Shown: positions 9,835-19,241 of the stretch, in pieces
How the letters are laid out: each line of letters opens with the position of its first letter
Position numbering within the stretch: position 1 is the first letter of the stretch
DNA from: Octopus sinensis
Taxonomy: Eukaryota
Assembly (NCBI RefSeq): GCF_006345805.1
Contig: NW_021824202.1
Span: 1-19,634 of the forward strand
Length of the DNA: 19,634 bases
Direction: 5' to 3'
The notes under the pieces: model-generated
Seen by the model: the letters and a program-made list of their open reading frames with translations, nothing else
What the model was told of the DNA's origin: nothing
Database searches by the model: none
Position numbers and translations under genes: made by a program

Positions 9835-9963
9835 CACGTGAGTCAGTCGAAAAGAATGAAGGACTAGCTGTAACGTCCCATGAGTCAACTGGGAAAGGAA
9901 TCGTAGAAACTCCTGCATTACGAGTCAGTTTTGATTCGGTCCTAGAATTATGACAGTGACTTA
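9835..9963. promoter_or_regulatory. Possible cluster of AP-1-type (TGAGTCA) motifs plus an E-box
   Basis: CACGTG 9835-9840, TGAGTCA 9839-9845 and 9881-9887, CGAGTCA 9921-9927, TGACTTA 9957-9963. Motif presence only; function is unsupported. Confidence 0.2.
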
Positions 9964-10299
9964 GTAATGGAAACCAGAGACACAATAAAAACGGCAAGCA
10001 TTTGGAGCAGGTCTGAAGAGAAATTCCTTTACCCCTTCTCACCATTTTGTGGGGGATTAGGAGAGGCTTATAGGCATGTCCTTTCTTCGGATGAACACTT
10101 ACAAGTAAACAGAACTATAAGAAATGGAACTCCATATCTCTCTCTCTCTCTCATTCTCTCTCTCTCTCTCTCATTCTCTCTTTCTCTTTCTCTCTCTCTC
10201 TCTATATATATATATACATATATATAATAATATAAATATATGCATATATACATACATATATGTACATACCTACATATGTATGTTTATATACATACATAT

Positions 10300-10490
10300 A
10301 TTGGTACAGGACATAAAAAAAAAACAACCTTGAACACAATGAGAAACGAAAATAAAACAATAACAGAAACGAACTTTTTTTCAAACAACGAAAGAACAAA
10401 CAGAGAAACGAGACATAAAGAATATTCTCCTTCTTCAGTTGTCCCTGTTTCATCTACTCCGAACGCCACGAATCCTTTTCCAAGTAAGTT
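10300..10490. repeat. Unclassified ~190-bp interspersed repeat between microsatellites
   Basis: The right end shares 28 of 31 nt with 3682-3712. Both flanks are (TA)/(CA) tracts. Confidence 0.4.
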
Positions 10491-10510
10491 TTATACACAC
10501 ACACACACAC

Positions 10511-10547
<37 letters not shown>

Positions 10548-10566
10548 ACACACACACACATATATA

Positions 10567-11834
10567 CGAGGGGCGTTCAATAAGTAATGCCCCTGACCCA
10601 CTTCCCATAGCAGTAGAGCAACGACACTTGGCACAGTTATTAGTCTTTTCCTACATAGGAACTACCTAGAGTTATGCATTTCTCCCATCGTTTGATACAG
10701 CTCTGGAGACCGTTTTTGTAGAAGACCCCAGCTTGGTCCTCCACCACGACGTGACTTCAGAAATCAAGGCTGCATCATCTGGGAAACGCTTTCCTTTCAA
10801 AATCAACTTCATGGCTGGGAAGAGTGAAAATCAGAGGGTGCAAGGGGAGGAGTTCATAGCTGCACGCCTGTGCTTCTGATCTGGCGACACGCGAGTTGTG
10901 GACCGGAGCGTTGTCCTGCAGGAGGAGAATGCCTTTGCTGATCTTGCCCCGCCTCTTGATTTTGATAGCTTCTCTTAATTTCCTCAAAAGTGAAGCATAA
11001 TAGGCTCCTGTAATTGTGGTACCCTTTGCCAGGAAATCTGTCATCACTACTCCGTCCTGGTCCCAGAAGACTGTGAGCATAACCTTGTCAGCGGAGGGCT
11101 GCACCCTTGCCTTCTTTGGAGGAGGTGAGTCACGGTGCTTTCACTGCATTGACTAGGCTTTGGTCTATGGATCATAGTGATGGACCCAGGTTTTATCCTG
11201 TGTGATCAGTCTTTTGAAAAATTTTGATTCATCTTCTTGGCACATCTCCAAATTCATCCTCGAGCACTCAACGCGTTCTTGCTTCTGGAAAGGTGTGAGC
11301 AACCTGGAAATCCATCTGGCAGACACCTTGGGCATATGCAAATGGTCATGAATGATAGTTTCCACAGACCCGGTACTAATCTTGACCTTATAGTCTATTT
11401 GGCGAATAGTTATGCGATGACCTTCCAAAATGGCAGCCTCAACTTGACGGACAGACGTCTCATCAACGGCAGAAGGGGGCGACCAGATCTGGGAGCTGTT
11501 TCCACAGAGTTCCGACTATGTTTGAATTCACAATGCCAGCGTTTTACAAGGTCATATGATGGGGCATCATCACCATAAGTTACTTTCATTTCATCAAAAG
11601 TCTCCCGTGGAGTGCGTCCTTTCAAATACAAAAACCAGATCACTGCTCGACACTCAACAGGCTCCATTTCACACTTGACTCAGTTCAAACACCTGTAAAT
11701 CAGAAACCACAATTAGTTCAGAGCTGTAATTCGCTACTTAATCTATAGAGGTATAAATAAGTGCACATGCAAAAGTTCAGCTAGATCAAACAATTGCAAG
11801 TGGGTCCGGGGCATTACTCATTGAACGCCCCTCG
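10567..11834 (-). mobile_element. Mariner transposon copy 2, full length (1268 bp), defective
   Basis: 37-nt TIRs cgaggggcgttcaat(a/g)agtaatgcccc(t/g)gacccactt (35 of 37 identical), TA duplications at 10565-10566 and 11835-11836, inserted in (TA)/(CA) tracts. Confidence 0.95.
10640..11667 (-). pseudogene. Mariner transposase pseudogene (irritans-subfamily-like, tentative)
   Basis: MEPVECRAVIWFLYLKGRTP...KVSARWISRLLT...LITQDKTWVHHYDP...KVMLTVFWDQDGV...LLQDNAPVH...LAPSD...KRWEKC. Several frameshifts, and the (P)YSPD part of the third motif is deleted. Confidence 0.93.
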
Positions 11835-11844
11835 TATATATATG

Positions 11845-11895
<51 letters not shown>

Positions 11896-11946
11896 GTATA
11901 TATGTATATACGTGCGTATACATCTATATGGAGTAGGCTCCATACA

Positions 11947-12335
11947 TCTTTTATCTTTTACTTCTTTCAGCCATTAGACTGCGGCCAGGCTGAAGCACCG
12001 CCTTGAAAAACGTCTTAGCGAATGAATCCACCCCGATACTTACTTTTCTGTTAAGCCAGGTACATATTCTATCGATCTCTTTTGCCGAACCGCTAAGGTT
12101 GTAGAGACGTAAACACACCAACATGGGTTGTCACGCAGTGGTAGGGAACAAACACAGATACAAAGACACGTACACACATAATATATACATACGAAGGGCT
12201 TCTTTCAGTTTCCCTCTACCAAATCCACTAAGAAGGCTTTGGGCGGCCCGAGACTATACTCTTGCCGAAGGTGCCACGCAATGGGACTAAACTTATACCC
12301 ATGTGGTTAGAAACAAACTTCTTACCACTCACTGC
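11947..12335 (-). mobile_element. SINE family A, full length
   Basis: The minus strand gives a tRNA-like head, then gcgtggcaccttcggcaag (resembles the start of the CORE-SINE domain), the body, an internal TG/TA tract, the 3' module and a short (TAAAAGA)-type tail at 11947-11961. Confidence 0.85.
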
Positions 12336-12613
12336 GTATAATTTTGAATTAGAAGCAACTCTAATCAGATAAACATTCGAGATGTCACATACTTAGTGCA
12401 TACGATTATACTCTAATTAGTTGCAGAATTGGTTCAGGAAAAACTCTCTTTAAGACATCAAATGTTAAAAAAAAAAAACACCTAATACTTCAAACCATAT
12501 GAAACAAATCGCCTAGGAGGTGGACGAGGAAGGTGGTCATCGATATTTCGTTGTTCTTTCAGCTCCTTGGCCTCGTATACCCGAGTCACCTTGAAACGAA
12601 TTTAAATCGCTGG

Positions 12614-12698
12614 TCTGAGGTATATATGCAGATAGCATTAAATCTAACATCTGATAGATTTCGATAGATTTTACGCTATCTGCAATATATACCTTAGA
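12614..12698 (+). other. 85-nt near-perfect hairpin (pre-miRNA-like or micro-MITE)
   Basis: 12614-12646 pairs with 12665-12698: 33 positions with one G-U, one bulge and two mismatches. The lower stem is weakly extendable to 12609/12703. Confidence 0.5.
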
Positions 12699-12813
12699 GT
12701 AGCAATGCGAATTTGCTTCCAGGTGACTTGCGTATACGGTACCGACGAGCTGGAATATATAACTCCTTTTCTTTTACATACAAACACATATACATATATA
12801 CAGCTACAGGCTA

Positions 12814-13131
12814 CAAGGAGAACGTCTCACTTGGTCACTGGATGATGTTTGATCAACCTCAGTTGGGTCGTCTAGATGAGGATACATCTCATTACATACA
12901 CAGGCACACACACACCACACACACACACACACACAACACACACACACACCACACACACACACACACAGAGGCACTCTTTTATTTGTGTTGCAAGACTCCA
13001 AACGCTACGTGTGTGTGTGAATGTGAATGTAATATGATGTGTCCTCATCTCGGCGACCCAACTGAGGTTGATCAAACATCACCCTGTGACCAAGTGAGAC
13101 ATTCTGCTGACCCCTTCCGGCTACCTCCTTG
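12814..13131. mobile_element. MITE (318 bp) with ~85-105-bp TIRs and a CA-rich core
   Basis: 12814-12897 matches the reverse complement of 13027-13131 (gtctcacttggtcac...gatgtttgatcaacctcagttgggtcg...gatgagga.acatc). The left arm has a ~21-nt deletion. TA precedes the left end; the right flank reads CA. Confidence 0.8.
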
Positions 13132-13134
13132 CAA

Positions 13135-13430
13135 TGTTATGATTTTAAGATTTGGTTTAAACTGTTCCATGTCAATAGCCGCAGAAAAATAGGAGGGCGA
13201 GGAATATTCCTGGACGAGAACGATTTAAGTGGGGGGGTGACAGACTGAAAATAGTGGTTAATGCAGGGCTAGGGGAGCGGGCAGTTGGACCCACTAGTGG
13301 TGAGTTGGGGTACTTGTGAGGAAGAGGTATAAAACGATCTAAATCTGAGGAGTAGATGCTATTATAGTAGTGATAGAAAAGACAGAAAAGAGGAGAGAGC
13401 ACAGTTGAAGGCCAGAGATGGAATGTGTCC
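13135..13430 (-). pseudogene. Decayed C-terminal ORF2 fragment of an L2/Crack-like (CR1-group) LINE
   Basis: Across frameshifts: PSLAFNCALSS/FCLFYHYYNSIYSSDLDRFIPLP ... PSYFSAAIDMEQFKPNLK. This resembles the post-RT 'SL.LFY.YY.G..SSEL...IP ... LP...FP...DL..FK' tail of invertebrate L2-type LINEs. Confidence 0.55.
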
Positions 13431-14319
13431 GTTGGTGATTGAATTCTAATCAGTCGATTGCCCCTTCTCTGATTGTGATTTAGGATGTGTGTGTGTGCGC
13501 GTTGTAGCAGTACCGAATATTTGGATGGTAGACCTAATATTTTGGTAACAGACCTAATACATGGGTGACAGTGTAAGGAATAAGACGACCAATAGTTTTT
13601 TTTTGCACGTGAAAGCCGTGTTCAACCTGTCACGTCCATGCGCATCAGTCTCTCTTTCGTGTGTGCATTCTCGTTTAGGTGTTTTGCCTGACAGACAGTT
13701 TGTTTTGCCAAGTAAAACGAGCTTTTTATTCTTCCTTGGGATGTATTGCGTTATAGTTTTATCGTCTGGTACTCAAAGCCCAAATTACAATAACAGATAT
13801 AGTTACAACAGGCAGACTTAATAACTGGAAGGGAGACCTAATCCACTGCTCATTCAAACACTATATTTGACCTAGAGAAGACCACTCTGTTACAAGTAAT
13901 CCGACCGCATTGCCAGTCTGAGAATACACTGCTTCCTACTACAGCAACGAACAAACTGTGATTTCGTACTCCTTGGAAGTTCTCGCATCTTCATCCAAGC
14001 AGTTCTCTCTCCCTCCCATTGTCAAGTCCAAGATCATGATTATCCACAATTATTGATCGACATAAAGTCTCACCAACAGCCAATGTTCTGGATATCGGTG
14101 CCAAATCATATACGACAGGTTCATACCGTTGAACCAGTGAAGATACGACAGCTGATTCTCTTTTCATTGGCTTTAAAAACGAAGGACAATTCATTTTGTA
14201 AGAAAAAATTGAAAGGTCACGGTTAAGATTATTTACGTTATTGGCTTATTTGACCAGAGCTAACCTAGAGTTAATAATAACAAGAACAACTATTATCCGT
14301 ACAGAAATTTGTATTTCGT

Positions 14320-14350
14320 TCACACACACACACACACACACACACACGCA

Positions 14351-14385
<35 letters not shown>
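14320..14385. repeat. Head-to-head (CA)n/(TG)n inverted microsatellite
   Basis: T-(CA)13C at 14320-14347, a 7-nt spacer, then (TG)15-A at 14355-14385. Confidence 0.95.
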
Positions 14386-14400
14386 TATGCAGGTACAGCA

Positions 14401-14560
14401 TAGCCGAAAGGTTACGAAGTTCGCTACGTAATCATAAGCTCCTGGCTTCGATTCGGCTTCGTGGAAAATGACATTCAGGTGTCAAGTTCTATGAGTTGAC
14501 TGAAACTGTATAAAGGGCAGTCGGGTGGATTCTACTTGTGATGTAAAGGAACTGAATTTG
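14401..14560 (+). mobile_element. Old tRNA-derived SINE head (family A-like)
   Basis: A-box-like TAGCCGAAAGG (14401-14411) and B-box-like GGCTTCGATTC (14444-14454) at tRNA-like spacing, followed by gtggatt...ggaactgaa as in family A. No cloverleaf. Confidence 0.45.
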
Positions 14561-14589
14561 GATAAATTCTAACAACAGCTGTTGCTGCT

Positions 14590-14790
14590 AATCCTTTCTA
14601 CTGTAGGCACAAGGCTTAAAATTTGGTGGAGGGAGATAGTCGATTACATCGACCTCTGTACTCAACTGGTACTTATTTCATCGACCCCGAAAGGAGTAAA
14701 GGCAAAATCGACCTCGGGGGAACTTGAACTCTGACAGACGAAATGCTGCCTAAACATTTTGTTCGGCGTGTTAATGATTCTGCCAGCTTG
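14590..14790 (-). mobile_element. SINE family B
   Basis: aatcctttctact...tagtcgattacatcgacc...ctggtacttatttcatcgaccccgaaagg...ctgccagc. The central gcctttactcctttcggggtcgatgaaataagtacc (minus strand) resembles the MetaSINE central domain (tentative). Confidence 0.85.
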
Positions 14791-14792
14791 TT

Positions 14793-14794
<2 letters not shown>

Positions 14795-14834
<40 letters not shown>

Positions 14835-14897
14835 TAATAATAATAATGATAATGATGATGATAATAATAATAATAGTAATAATAATAATAATAATAA
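14795..14897. repeat. (AAT)n microsatellite
   Basis: Directly visible. Confidence 0.95.
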
Positions 14898-15377
14898 CAT
14901 TGTTTTGTCTTGGTATAAAAGATGGGCACAGCAAATATTCTGCTCAATACCACAGATTTGCTTGTCAGTTGTTTGACCTTAACCAGTTGAGCATGTCCCT
15001 TAGTGGCTGACGATATTTGCATCTCTGATCACGAGCAGAAGTAGTGGGGGAGCATCATAGCCATGTGTTAAGAGGGATTCTTTGGGGTTTGAATAATTCA
15101 CCTCTGGAAACATGGGTGTTCTTTCAACCATCCTAAACAACCCTTATTCGGGGACCTTTTGAGCGGTGGGCTACTCAACCTGAAGAAAATTCTAATTGGG
15201 CCCCACCTGCAAGGTCATGTGCAGTTTATCTTGATATGAGATCACCATGTCGCGCACATATGGTTGTGATGCATGTGCCTGGTGTACCCTTATCAGACGG
15301 GTAGTCATGATGAGTATATTGGGCTTCGTATATTTTACCCCAGTGTCACTTTGATGGCATGAACTGCTCTCTCACTC
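14898..15377 (+). mobile_element. Unclassified 480-bp non-coding insert bracketed by (AAT)n
   Basis: Base-balanced sequence with sharp boundaries against (AAT)n on both sides (14795-14897 and 15378-15424). No ORF or Pol III box was recognised. Mobile-element status and strand are inferred. Confidence 0.5.
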
Positions 15378-15422
15378 AATAATAATAATAATAATATTAA
15401 TAATAATAATAATAATAATAAT

Positions 15423-15629
15423 AATCCTTTTCTACTATTGGCACAAGGCCTAGATATTGTGGGGAGCGAGATAGTCGATCACATCGATCCAGTACTCAAA
15501 TGGTACTTAATTTATCGAACCTGAAAGAACGAAAGACTTTGGCGGAATTTGAACCCAGAACATAGCGACGGGCGAAATACCGCTAAGCATTTTTCCAGCC
15601 TACTAACGATTCTGCCAGCTCACCGCCTT
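15423..15629 (-). mobile_element. SINE family B
   Basis: The minus strand begins aaggcggtgagctggcagaatcgttag (A-box-like TGGCAGAATCG), has gggttcaaattcc (B-box-like), and ends in an (ATT)n tail. Confidence 0.88.
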
Positions 15630-15630
15630 C

Positions 15631-15635
15631 ATAAT

Positions 15636-15711
<76 letters not shown>
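15631..15711. repeat. (AAT)n microsatellite, 5' flank of the LINE
   Basis: Directly visible. Confidence 0.95.
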
Positions 15712-15714
<3 letters not shown>

Positions 15715-16905
15715 ATAGGAGAATAAGGCTTGTACTGAAGACTGAACTCAACTCTAAAAATTGCATTGAGGCCATTAACACCCTGGCACTTCCAGTAGTC
15801 CAGTACAGTTTTAACATCATTAACTGGAACCTTACGGAACTCCAACGCTTGGACAGGAAGACAAGAAAATTACTGACATCCAAGAACATACACCACCCTA
15901 GGGCAGATGTAGACCGCCCGTACCTACCTAGAAGCAGCGGGGGGAGAGGAATGATGCAATTAGAGCTGTGCTATAAGACCTCCACTGTAGGAATGAACAT
16001 GTACCTATCTAGTACAAAGGACTGGATGCTGCGACTTGTGTGCGAACACGAAAGCAGCAAAATGCTGCATTCTATTGTCAAGGAATCTTATAAGTTCGAA
16101 AGGGAACTAGACATTAACCTTGAATCAGATGAAGAGCTGGAAACCCCTGCTACCAAGCAAGCAAAGCGAATCAAGCAGACTGCAAAAAAGAACGGGCAGA
16201 ATCAAATTGAGAGGCGGTGGAGCCGGAAGCCCCTGCATGGACAATATATTCTCCGAAGCCAAAATGCTGATGTAGACCAAGCAACAACCCATCAGTGGCT
16301 GAAGAGTTTAGGATTGAAAGCAGATACTGAAGGCTTCATACTGGCAGCACAAGATCAAAGCTTGTTTACCAGAAATTACCAGGCTAGCGTTCCCCGAAAC
16401 GGTACTGACCCTAAATGCAGATTCTGCGACACATTTGTCGAAACAATAGACCATCGCGTTTCGGGATGTCCTGTGTTGACACCAAACGAATACAAAAATC
16501 GCCACGATAGGGTAGGACAGTATATACATTGGAAGATATGTAAACACTACAAATTCGGCACTCCTGCTAACTGGTATGAACATCATCCTCAGCCAGATGT
16601 TGAAGGTAAAAATGTCACCATCCTCTGGGACTAATAGAGGTAAGCGTCCCCACTGATAACAATAGAAGTAAGCGTCCCCACTGATAACAATATATCTGTA
16701 AAGGAATTTGACAAACTTAGTAAATATAAGGACCTGGAAATCGAAATACAAAAGATGTGGAATCTTAAAACAAAAACTAGGTATGATAAAAAAGGGATGT
16801 CAGAAACACCTAGACAATATCCCTGGAGAACCATGTCTCAAGGAAATCCAAAAGATTGTGCTAACAAGTACTGCCCACATCCTTAGAAAAACCCTATCAA
16901 TGTAA
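15711..16905 (+). pseudogene. R4/Dong-like ORF C-terminal part (thumb/linker, CCHC knuckle, RLE endonuclease), disrupted
   Basis: Open from 15711 (YYRRIRLVLKTELNSKNCIEAINTLALPVVQYSF...DRKTRKLL...DR(P)YLPRSSGGRGM...KPLHGQY...EGFILAAQDQ...CRFCDTFVETIDHRVSGC = C-x2-C-x8-H-x4-C...RHDRV...ILWD*). After a frameshift: IEVSVP...KLSKYKDLEIE...GMIKK...AHILRKTLSM*. The 'PD' catalytic segment is absent. Confidence 0.9.
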
Positions 16906-17056
16906 ATGTTTGTGTTGTATTACATGGAGATATTTCTCTACTTCCCCTCCACAAGCTTTCAGCTATATTTCAACAACTCTTAACCTTCACTTGCCCTAGG
17001 GCGCTGGGTGTGCCCCGGCAAGTGATTGCATCAAACATGCAGATTAAAAGTAAATG
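15711..17056 (+). mobile_element. 5'-truncated R4/Dong-like RLE non-LTR retrotransposon
   Basis: Post-RT, zinc-knuckle and endonuclease coding remnant, a 150-bp 3' UTR and a (TAA)n tail. The 5' end abuts (AAT)n. Confidence 0.9.
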
Positions 17057-17228
<172 letters not shown>

Positions 17229-17229
<1 letters not shown>

Positions 17230-17427
17230 TCAAATTTTTGCCACAACGGCAGCTTGTGGGAGGTGGAGATAAGTCGATCGCATCGACTGGTACTTATTTT
17301 ATCGATCCCGAAAGGATGAAAGGCAAAGTCGACCTCGGCGAAATTTGAACTTAGAACATAGCGACGGGTGAAATACCGCTAAGCATTTTGTCCAGCGTGC
17401 TAATTATTCTGCCAGCTCACTTCCTCC
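17229..17427 (-). mobile_element. SINE family B, alternative 3'-end variant
   Basis: The body ctggtacttattttatcgatcccgaaaggatgaaaggcaaagtcgacctcggcgaaatttgaac is well conserved. The 3' end (ttcaaatttttgccacaacggc on the plus strand) differs from the aatcctttctact type. Confidence 0.88.
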
Positions 17428-17483
17428 ATAATAATAATAATAATAATGATAATAATAATAATAATGATAACAATATTAATAAT

Positions 17484-17675
17484 TACTACTGCTATAGGAC
17501 TAAGGGCTAAAATTTTAGGGGAGGGACTTGTCGTGCTCATCGACCCCAGTATTTACAGATTCCGGAAGGATGGAAAGCAAAGATGACTTCAGCAAGATTT
17601 CATCTCAGAACATAAAGCATTGTAATCAAATATTGCAAGATATTTGTCCGTTGCTCTACTATTCTACCAACACAC
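17484..17675 (-). mobile_element. SINE family B, diverged
   Basis: ctataggactaagggctaaaattttagggg...catcgaccccagt...ggaaggatggaaagcaaagatgacttcagcaagatttcatctcagaaca is colinear with the other copies. Confidence 0.6.
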
Positions 17676-17848
17676 AACCATATTTTTCTTTCACCCTACG
17701 GTTCTAACGTCTCACCACCAAAATTAAATATATAAGAAAAACAATGCTGTTGATGGGAAGAGAAATTACGTTGACCCGGATATACTACTGGTTCCTATGA
17801 ACTGTGAAAGTTAAAGTCGCACTGAGGAATGTTGGAACATGGGTAACG

Positions 17849-17949
17849 GAAGAAGAAGAAGAAGAAGAAGAAGAAGAAGAAGAAGAAGAAGAAGAAGAAG
17901 AAGAAGAAGAAGAAGAAGAAGAAGATGATGAATGATGATGATGATGATG
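17849..17949. repeat. (GAA)25 followed by imperfect (GAT)n
   Basis: Pure GAA run at 17849-17923. Confidence 0.95.
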
Positions 17950-19059
17950 AAGAAAAGGAAGAAGTAAAACAGAAACAAGAGGTGCAAAGACAAATAGCTA
18001 ATTATTATGTATTTAGCAGTAGAGTGGAGGGGAGTTATTGTGGTGGTGATGGTGCAGGTATATTAGTTTTGCATCATTTCTCCTTTCCTCTCTCAATCTA
18101 TCTACACATACACGTAATACAAGTATATAACTCACTCCCTACCTTTCCTACCATTCTTCCCACTTCTCTCTATCAATTATGGTGGTTATTTATTTTTAAA
18201 TTAGACATGAAGCCGTAGACATGAAGTACAGTTAAAAATGTCCTCCCTCCATGTAACATGACGCCAATAATTTAATGTTAAAGCTTCTCTTCAACCCTCT
18301 CACTCTTTCACTCTGTATATATATGTGTGTGTCTGTATGTGTACACACACACACACACATACACACACACACATACACACACACATAGAAACGCACAAAC
18401 ATACATATATATGTGTGTGTGTGGTGTGTACATACACACACACACAAACCTACATACATACACACGCACGCGAGCGTACATGTATGTATACGGCTACTCT
18501 GTCGCTGTTGCCTTGTATGAGTTGTAAATTAATACGGGATCGATATGTAGTGCTAATCACTAACAGGAAATTATAAAATTATCTCACAGCAAGTTCTTTA
18601 TTTTTTTTAATATTTAAAATACCAACAATAGTAAAGAAAAAAGAAAAACATCAATCCCGGATACAAGTGAGGGTGGATGTGGGGCAATACACAGTATTTT
18701 TATATTTTTCTATAGTTTATTTTTCATTGGTGGTTCTACTGTTATGTTTGTATGTGTGTACTTGGGGTGTGTCGGACTGTACGTGCATAAGTGTAACTAG
18801 GCATACATATGCATTGCGTATGTACATTTCCCAAGAACAGTGAATATACATACATGCATAATACATGCATAATACACACGCACACACACACACACACACA
18901 TATATATATTTATATACATACTTATATGTGTGTCTAAATATACATATACACACGTTCATGTATATATGCGTACACACGCACACACGCACACACATACATA
19001 CACACACATATATGTATATATATATATCAAAAGGATGTGTTATAATACAGCCATACCAA

Positions 19060-19240
19060 CAATCCAACATACATCAGCTGTCCTACGGATATCATTATGG
19101 TTTCGACACCTGGGCACTACCGTCCAATCTGGCGGTGTCAACAGCACTAAAATATGTGTCGTTTGGGAACGAACAAACCAAAGAAACCACAACTTGGCCG
19201 GATAACTGAAGAGATGGCGCCGTGGATTTCCACATCTCTC
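19060..19240 (+). pseudogene. Possible decayed RTE-clade LINE fragment (post-RT region)
   Basis: Across frameshifts: TSAVLRIS/YGFDTWALPSNLA ... ERTNQ ... LKRWRRGFPHL. This resembles the RTE pattern 'Y.A.VL..LLYG.ETW.L ... RT.Q ... RRLRW.GH'. The match is weak. Confidence 0.35.
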
Positions 19241-19241
19241 C

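Noticed and set aside
10370-10455. Minus-strand GAAAC...CTGAAGA in the 190-bp repeat
   Set aside because: Only 8 nt separate the motifs, with no UH site or helix I. The downstream GAAAAAAAG lacks helix III.
12713-13192. 159-aa ORF and the many other 60-120-aa ORFs rich in H/T/I/Y/C/V/L/N runs
   Set aside because: They are translations of (CA)n, (TA)n, (CT)n or (AAT)n tracts and of MITE/SINE sequence, with no domain motifs.
13340-13390. CTGAGGA...GAAA on the plus strand
   Set aside because: It is antisense to the L2-like remnant, with no helix III or cleavage triplet.
13900-14226. 109-codon stop-free plus frame, overlapping 67-aa minus ORF, and an ATACGACAG direct repeat around a GGTTCA/TGAACC hairpin (14109-14153)
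   Set aside because: No recognisable protein family in any frame, and the splice signals are ambiguous. BLASTX or RNA-seq would decide.
14401-14470. Possible tRNA gene
   Set aside because: A/B-box-like motifs only; no acceptor or anticodon stems can be formed, so it is treated as a SINE head.
16633-16688. 28-bp direct repeat pair resembling a CRISPR repeat
   Set aside because: There are only two abutting units with no spacer, inside a LINE ORF in a eukaryotic context.
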